Virus record (IMG/VR): IMGVR_UViG_2602041586_000001
Length of the DNA stretch: 15,761 nt
DNA from: a virus
Taxonomy: Duplodnaviria; Heunggongvirae; Uroviricota; Caudoviricetes
Direction: 5' to 3' (one strand)
A program made the translations under genes and the position numbers. The notes under the pieces are model-generated. The model searched no databases, was not told the origin of the DNA, and was given only the letters and a program-made list of their open reading frames with translations. Below are positions 10,905 to 15,761 of the stretch, piece by piece. Within the stretch, counting starts at the first letter, position 1. Each line of letters starts with the position of its first letter.

Positions 10905-11645
10905 ATGCCTGTACCAAATCCTACAATGCCGGTGAAAGGGGCCGGGACCACCCTGTGGGTTTATAAGGGGAGCGGTGACCCTTATGCGAATCCGCTTTCA
11001 GACGTTGACTGGTCGCGTCTGGCAAAAGTTAAAGACCTGACGCCCGGCGAACTGACCGCTGAGTCCTATGACGACAGCTATCTCGATGATGAAGATGCGG
11101 ACTGGACTGCGACCGGGCAGGGGCAGAAATCTGCCGGAGATACCAGCTTCACGCTGGCGTGGATGCCCGGAGAGCAGGGGCAGCAGGTGCTGCTGGCGTG
11201 GTTTAATAAAGGGGATACCCGTGCCTATAAAATCCGCTTCCCGAACGGCACGGTCGATGTGTTCCGCGGCTGGGTCAGCAGTATCGGTAAGGCGGTGACG
11301 GCGAAGGAAGTGATCACCCGCACGGTGAAAGTCACCAACGTGGGACGCCCGTCGATGGCAGAAGATCGCAGCACGGTAACAGCGGCAACCGGCATGACCG
11401 TGACGCCTGCCAGCACTTCGGTGGTGAAAGGGCGGAGCATCACGCTGACCGTGGCATTCCAGCCGGAAGGCGCAACCGACAAGAGCTTCCGTGCGGTGTC
11501 TGCGGATAAAACAAAAGCCACTGTGTCGGTCAGTGGTATGACCATCACCGTGAAAGGTGTTGCTGCAGGCAAGGTCAACATTCCGGTTGTATCCGGTAAT
11601 GGTGAACTTGCTGTGGTTGCAGGAATCACCGTCACCGACAATTAA
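10905..11645 (+). CDS. V: Major tail tube protein gpV with C-terminal Ig-like domain
   Basis: ATG at 10905 after GAGGA; [50 protein letters not shown]...; the C-terminal ~80 aa is Thr/Val-rich and Ig-like (..[25 protein letters not shown]..). Confidence 0.95.
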   Translation: MPVPNPTMPVKGAGTTLWVYKGSGDPYANPLSDVDWSRLAKVKDLTPGELTAESYDDSYLDDEDADWTATGQGQKSAGDTSFTLAWMPGEQGQQVLLAWFNKGDTRAYKIRFPNGTVDVFRGWVSSIGKAVTAKEVITRTVKVTNVGRPSMAEDRSTVTAATGMTVTPASTSVVKGRSITLTVAFQPEGATDKSFRAVSADKTKATVSVSGMTITVKGVAAGKVNIPVVSGNGELAVVAGITVTDN

Positions 11646-11660
11646 TCCGGAGAGTCAGCG

Positions 11661-12083
11661 ATGTTCCTGAAAACCGAATCATTTGAATATAACGGTGTGA
11701 GCGTCACGCTTTCTGAACTGTCAGCCCTGCAGCGAATTGAGCATCTCGCCCTGCTGAAACGACAGGCAGAACAGGCGGGATCCAGTCTCAATCGACAGGT
11801 GAGCGTGGAAGATCTCGTCAGAACCGGTGCTTTTCTGGTGGCGATGTCCCTGTGGCATAGCCATCCGCAGAAGACAAAGATGCCGTCCATGAATGAAGCC
11901 GTTAAACAAATTGAGCAGGAAGTGCTTACCACCTGGCCCACAGAGGCAATTGCTCAGGCTGAAAATGTGGTAATGCGTCTGTCCGGTATGTCTGAGTTTG
12001 TTGTGAATGATGCCCCTGAACAGGCAGATGACGCCGGGCCAGCAGAGCCTGTTTCTGCGGGAAAGTGTTCGACGGTGAGCTGA
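11661..12083 (+). CDS. G: Tail assembly chaperone gpG
   Basis: MFLKTESFEYNGVSVTLSELSALQRIEHLALLKRQAEQAGS... (140 aa), as lambda G. Confidence 0.92.
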   Translation: MFLKTESFEYNGVSVTLSELSALQRIEHLALLKRQAEQAGSSLNRQVSVEDLVRTGAFLVAMSLWHSHPQKTKMPSMNEAVKQIEQEVLTTWPTEAIAQAENVVMRLSGMSEFVVNDAPEQADDAGPAEPVSAGKCSTVS

Positions 12084-12499
12084 GTTTTGCCCTGAAACTG
12101 GCGCGCGAGATGGGGCGACCCGACTGGCGTGCCATGCTTGCCGGGATGTCATCCACGGAGTATGCCGACTGGCACCGCTTTTACAGTACCCATTATTTTC
12201 ATGATGTTCTGCTGGATATGCACTTTTCCGGGCTGACGTACACCGTGCTCAGCCTGTTTTTCAGCGATCCGGATATGCATCCGCTGGATTTCAGTCTGCT
12301 GAACCGGCGTGAGGCTGACGAAGAGCCTGAAGATGATGTGCTGATGCAGAAAGCGGCAGGGCTTGCCGGAGGTGTCCGCTTTGGCCCGGACGGGAATGAA
12401 GTTATCCCTACTTCCCCGGATGTGGCGGACATGACGGAGGATGACGTAATGCTGATGACAGTATCAGAAGGGATCGCAGGAGGAGTCCGGTATGGCTGA
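11661..12499 (+). CDS. T: Tail assembly chaperone gpGT, fusion made by programmed -1 ribosomal frameshift from G into the T frame (T-frame segment 12065-12499)
   Basis: Slippery heptamer GGGAAAG at 12059-12065 near the end of G; the -1 frame ORF continues to 12499 (..LSFALKLAREMGRPDWRAMLAGMSSTEYADWHRFYSTHYFHD..) and ends just after the H start, the classic lambda G/G-T arrangement. Confidence 0.85.
12059..12065 (+). promoter_or_regulatory. Programmed -1 frameshift slippery site GGGAAAG (G to G-T)
   Basis: Heptamer G GGA AAG in the G frame, 6 codons before the G stop, as in lambda. Confidence 0.8.
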
Positions 12500-15092
12500 A
12501 CCGGTAGGCGATCTGGTCGTTGATTTGAGTCTGGATGCGGCCAGATTTGACGAGCAGATGGCCAGAGTCAGGCGTCATTTTTCCGGTACGGAAAGTGATG
12601 CGAAAAAAACAGCGGCAGTCGTTGAACAGTCGCTGAGCCGACAGGCGCTGGCTGCACAGAAAGCGGGGATTTCCGTCGGGCAGTACAAAGCCGCCATGCG
12701 TATGCTGCCTGCGCAGTTCACCGACGTGGCCACGCAGCTTGCAGGCGGGCAAAGTCCGTGGCTGATCCTGCTGCAACAGGGTGGTCAGGTGAAGGACTCC
12801 TTCGGCGGGATGATCCCCATGTTCCGGGGGCTTGCCGGTGCGATCACCCTGCCGACGATTGGTATCACTTCGCTGGCGGTGGCGACCGGTGCGCTGGCGT
12901 ATGCCTGGTATCAGGGCAACTCAACCCTGTCCGATTTCAACAAAACGCTGGTCCTTTCCGGCAATCAGGCGGGACTGACGGCAGATCGTATGCTGGTCCT
13001 GTCCAGAGCCGGGCAGGCGGCAGGGCTGACGTTTAACCAGACCAGCGAGTCACTGACGGCGCTGGTGAATGCCGGTGTGCGTGGTGGTGAGCAGTTTGAG
13101 GCGATCAGCCAGAGTGTGGCGCGTTTCTCCTCTGCATCCGGCGTGGAGGTGGACAAGGTCGCTGAAGCCTTCGGGAAGCTGACCACAGACCCGACGTCGG
13201 GACTGACAGCGATGGCACGTCAGTTCCATAACGTGACGGCGGAGCAGATTGCGTATGTTGCTCAGTTGCAGCGTTCCGGAGATGAAGCCGGGTCATTGCA
13301 GGCGGCGAACGAGGCCGCAACGAAAGGGTTTGATGACCAGACCCGCCGCCTGAAAGAGAACATGGGCACGCTGGAGACCTGGGCAGACAGGACAGCGCGG
13401 GCATTCAAATCCATGTGGGATTCGGTGCTGGATATTGGTCGCCCGGACACTGCCCAGGGAATGCTGGAGAAAGCAGAAAAGGCTTTTGATGAGGCGGACA
13501 AAAAATGGCAGTGGTATCAGAGCCGGAGCCACCGGCGCGGTAAAACCTCAGCATTTCTTGCCAATCTCCGGGGAGCATGGGAGGACAGAGCGAATGCGCA
13601 ACTTGGGCTTTCAGCCGCCACGTTGCAGGCCGATCTTGAAAAGGCCAGAGAGATGGCAGCAAAGGACTGGGCCGAGTCTGAGGCATCACGGCTGAAATAT
13701 ACCGAAGAGGCGCAGAAGGCTTACGAACGCCTGCAGACGCCGCTGGAGAAATATACCGCCCGTCAGGAAGAACTGAACAAGGCACTGAAAGACGGGAAAA
13801 TCCTGCAGGCAGATTACAACACGCTGATGGCGGCGGCGAAAAAGGATTATGAAGCGACGCTGAAAAAGCCGAAACAGTCCGGCGTGAAGGTGTCTGCGGG
13901 AGAGCGTCAGGAAGATCGAGCACATGCAGCTCTTCTTGCGTTACAAGCTGAACTAAAAATGCTTGAGCAGCATAGCGGAGCGAATGAAAAAATCAGCCAG
14001 CAGCGCCGGGATTTGTGGACAGCCGAAAGCCAGTATGCCGTGTTGCATAAGAAGTTGTCTGCTGACGTTCTGGATGGACAGAAGAAATCGCTAAGTATCG
14101 AGGAAAAATCTCTTCTTGCTCATGAAAAAGAGACGCTGGAGTACAAACGTCAGCTGGCTGAACTTGGCGATAAGGTTGAACACCAGAAACGGCTGAACGA
14201 ACTGGTACAGCAGGCGGAGAAATTCGCACAGCAACAACGGGCAAAACGGGCCAGCATTGAGGCGAAAAGCCGGGGGTTGACTGACCGGCAGGCAGCGCGG
14301 GAAGCCACGGAACAGCGCCTGAAGGAACAGTATGGCGATAATCCGCTGGCGCTGAATAACGTCATGTCAGAGCAGAAAAAGACCTGGGCGGCTGAAGACC
14401 AGCTTCGCGGGAGCTGGATGGCAGGCCTGAAGTCCGGCTGGAGTGAGTGGGAAGAGAGCGCCACGGACAGTATGTCGCAGGTAAAAAGTGCAGCCACGCA
14501 GACCTTTGATGGTATTGCACAAAATATGGCGGCGATGCTGACCGGCAGTGAGCAGAACTGGCGCAGCTTCACCCGCTCCGTGCTGTCCATGATGACAGAA
14601 ATTCTGCTTAAGCAGGCAATGGTGGGGATTGTCGGGAGTATCGGCAGCGCCATTGGCGGGGCTGTTGGTGGCGGCGCATCAGCGTCAGGCGGTACAGCCA
14701 TTCAGGCCGCTGCGGCGAAATTCCATTTTGCGACCGGAGGATTTACGGGAACCGGCGGCAAATATGAGCCAGCGGGGATTGTTCACCGTGGTGAATTTGT
14801 CTTCACGAAGGAGGCAACCAGCCGGATTGGCGTGGGAAATCTCTACCGGCTGATGCGCGGCTATGCCACCGGCGGTTATGTCGGTACACCGGGCAGTCTG
14901 GCTGACAGCCGGTCGCAGGCGTCCGGGACGTTTGAGCAGAATAACCATGTGGTGATTAACAACGAGGGCACGAACGGGCAGATAGGTCCGGCTGCTCTGA
15001 AGGCGGTGTATGACATGGCCCGCAAGGGTGCCCGTGATGAAATTCAGACACAGATGCGTGATGGTGGCCTGTTCTCCGGAGGTGGACGATGA
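12492..15092 (+). CDS. H: Tail tape measure protein gpH (866 aa), with two internal mosaic segments relative to lambda H
   Basis: MAEPVGDLVVDLSLDAARFDEQMARVRRHFSGTESDAKKTAAVVEQSLSRQALAAQKAGIS...; coiled-coil-rich middle, Gly-rich C-terminal region; lies between G-T and M with ATGA overlaps. Confidence 0.95.
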   Translation: MAEPVGDLVVDLSLDAARFDEQMARVRRHFSGTESDAKKTAAVVEQSLSRQALAAQKAGISVGQYKAAMRMLPAQFTDVATQLAGGQSPWLILLQQGGQVKDSFGGMIPMFRGLAGAITLPTIGITSLAVATGALAYAWYQGNSTLSDFNKTLVLSGNQAGLTADRMLVLSRAGQAAGLTFNQTSESLTALVNAGVRGGEQFEAISQSVARFSSASGVEVDKVAEAFGKLTTDPTSGLTAMARQFHNVTAEQIAYVAQLQRSGDEAGSLQAANEAATKGFDDQTRRLKENMGTLETWADRTARAFKSMWDSVLDIGRPDTAQGMLEKAEKAFDEADKKWQWYQSRSHRRGKTSAFLANLRGAWEDRANAQLGLSAATLQADLEKAREMAAKDWAESEASRLKYTEEAQKAYERLQTPLEKYTARQEELNKALKDGKILQADYNTLMAAAKKDYEATLKKPKQSGVKVSAGERQEDRAHAALLALQAELKMLEQHSGANEKISQQRRDLWTAESQYAVLHKKLSADVLDGQKKSLSIEEKSLLAHEKETLEYKRQLAELGDKVEHQKRLNELVQQAEKFAQQQRAKRASIEAKSRGLTDRQAAREATEQRLKEQYGDNPLALNNVMSEQKKTWAAEDQLRGSWMAGLKSGWSEWEESATDSMSQVKSAATQTFDGIAQNMAAMLTGSEQNWRSFTRSVLSMMTEILLKQAMVGIVGSIGSAIGGAVGGGASASGGTAIQAAAAKFHFATGGFTGTGGKYEPAGIVHRGEFVFTKEATSRIGVGNLYRLMRGYATGGYVGTPGSLADSRSQASGTFEQNNHVVINNEGTNGQIGPAALKAVYDMARKGARDEIQTQMRDGGLFSGGGR

Positions 15093-15418
15093 AGACCTTC
15101 CGCTGGAAAGTGAAACCCGGTATGGATGTGGCTTCGGCCCCTTCTGTAAGAAAGGTGCGCTTTGGTGATGGCTATTCCCAGCGAGCGCCTGCCGGGCTGA
15201 ATGCCGACCTGAAAACGTACAGCGTGACGCTTTCTGTTCCCCGTTGGGAGGCCACGGCGCTTGAGTCGTTTCTGGCTGAGCACGGGGGCTGGAAAGCCTT
15301 TCTGTGGACGCCGCCTTATGAGTGGCGGCAGATAAAGGTGACCTGCGCAAAATGGTCGTCGCGGGTCAGTATGCTGCGTGTTGAGTTCAGCGCAGAGTTT
15401 GAACAGGTGGTGAACTGA
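15089..15418 (+). CDS. M: Tail tip assembly protein gpM
   Basis: MKTFRWKVKPGMDVASAPSVRKVRFGDGYSQRAPAGLNADLKTYSVTLSVPR... (109 aa), as lambda M. Confidence 0.93.
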   Translation: MKTFRWKVKPGMDVASAPSVRKVRFGDGYSQRAPAGLNADLKTYSVTLSVPRWEATALESFLAEHGGWKAFLWTPPYEWRQIKVTCAKWSSRVSMLRVEFSAEFEQVVN

Positions 15419-15761
15419 TGCAGGATATCCGGCAGGAAACACTGAATGAATGCACCCGTGCGGAGCAGTCGGCCAGCGTGGTGCTCTGGGAAATCGACCT
15501 GACAGAGGTCGGTGGAGAACGTTATTTTTTCTGTAATGAGCAGAACGAAAAAGGTGAGCCGGTCACCTGGCAGGGGCGACAGTATCAGCCGTATCCCATT
15601 CAGGGGAGTGGTTTTGAACTGAATGGCAAAGGCACCAGTACGCGCCCCACGCTGACGGTTTCTAACCTGTACGGTATGGTCACCGGGATGGCGGAAGATC
15701 TGCAGAGTCTGGTCGGCGGAACGGTGGTCCGGCGTAAGGTTTACGCCCGTTTTCTGGATGC
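15418..15761 (+). CDS. L: Tail tip protein gpL, 5' partial (runs off the window end)
   Basis: TGATG overlap with the M stop; MQDIRQETLNECTRAEQSASVVLWEIDLTEVGGERYFFCNEQNEKGEPVTWQGRQYQPYPIQGSGFELNGKG..., as lambda L; no stop before the window end. Confidence 0.9.
   Translation, partial: MQDIRQETLNECTRAEQSASVVLWEIDLTEVGGERYFFCNEQNEKGEPVTWQGRQYQPYPIQGSGFELNGKGTSTRPTLTVSNLYGMVTGMAEDLQSLVGGTVVRRKVYARFLD

Noticed and set aside
12758-15442. Alternative-frame and antisense ORFs inside H and M (for example 12758-13036 +, 13405-13923 -, 14150-14701 -, 14685-15350 -, 15044-15442 -)
   Set aside because: They are embedded in the tape-measure and tail-tip genes, rich in Arg/Pro/Ala as expected from frame-shifted GC-rich sequence, and have no start-site support.

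Overview
This window is the late (lysis-end, cos, head and tail morphogenesis) region of a lambda-like siphovirus, most likely an enterobacterial lambdoid prophage or a circularly permuted phage genome. From left to right on the + strand: a fragment of the endolysin 3' end, the spanin pair Rz/Rz1, a roughly 1.4 kb right-end accessory region, the cos site (cosQ/cosN/cosB with three Nu1-binding R repeats), then nu1, A, W, B, C/nu3, D, E, FI, FII, Z, U, V, G/G-T, H, M and the start of L. Gene order, overlaps (ATGA/TGATG junctions), the nested nu3 start and the G-T slippery site all match phage lambda; I recognise most proteins as near-identical to lambda from memory, which I could not verify by search. 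The only material that is not canonical structural module is the accessory region between Rz and cos. It has no bor-like lipoprotein gene and carries two minus-strand genes: a very AT-rich (about 30% GC) 136-141 aa protein of unknown function and a 77 aa small basic protein with a predicted ribbon-helix-helix fold. This is the best candidate for something functionally uncharacterised, but I see no hallmark of a known defence system there. Other points worth a look are mosaic patches in Rz/Rz1 and in the tape-measure gene H (866 aa here versus 853 aa recalled for lambda), and a recombination scar in the endolysin 3' end. No tRNA, rRNA, CRISPR array, IS element or integrase is visible.
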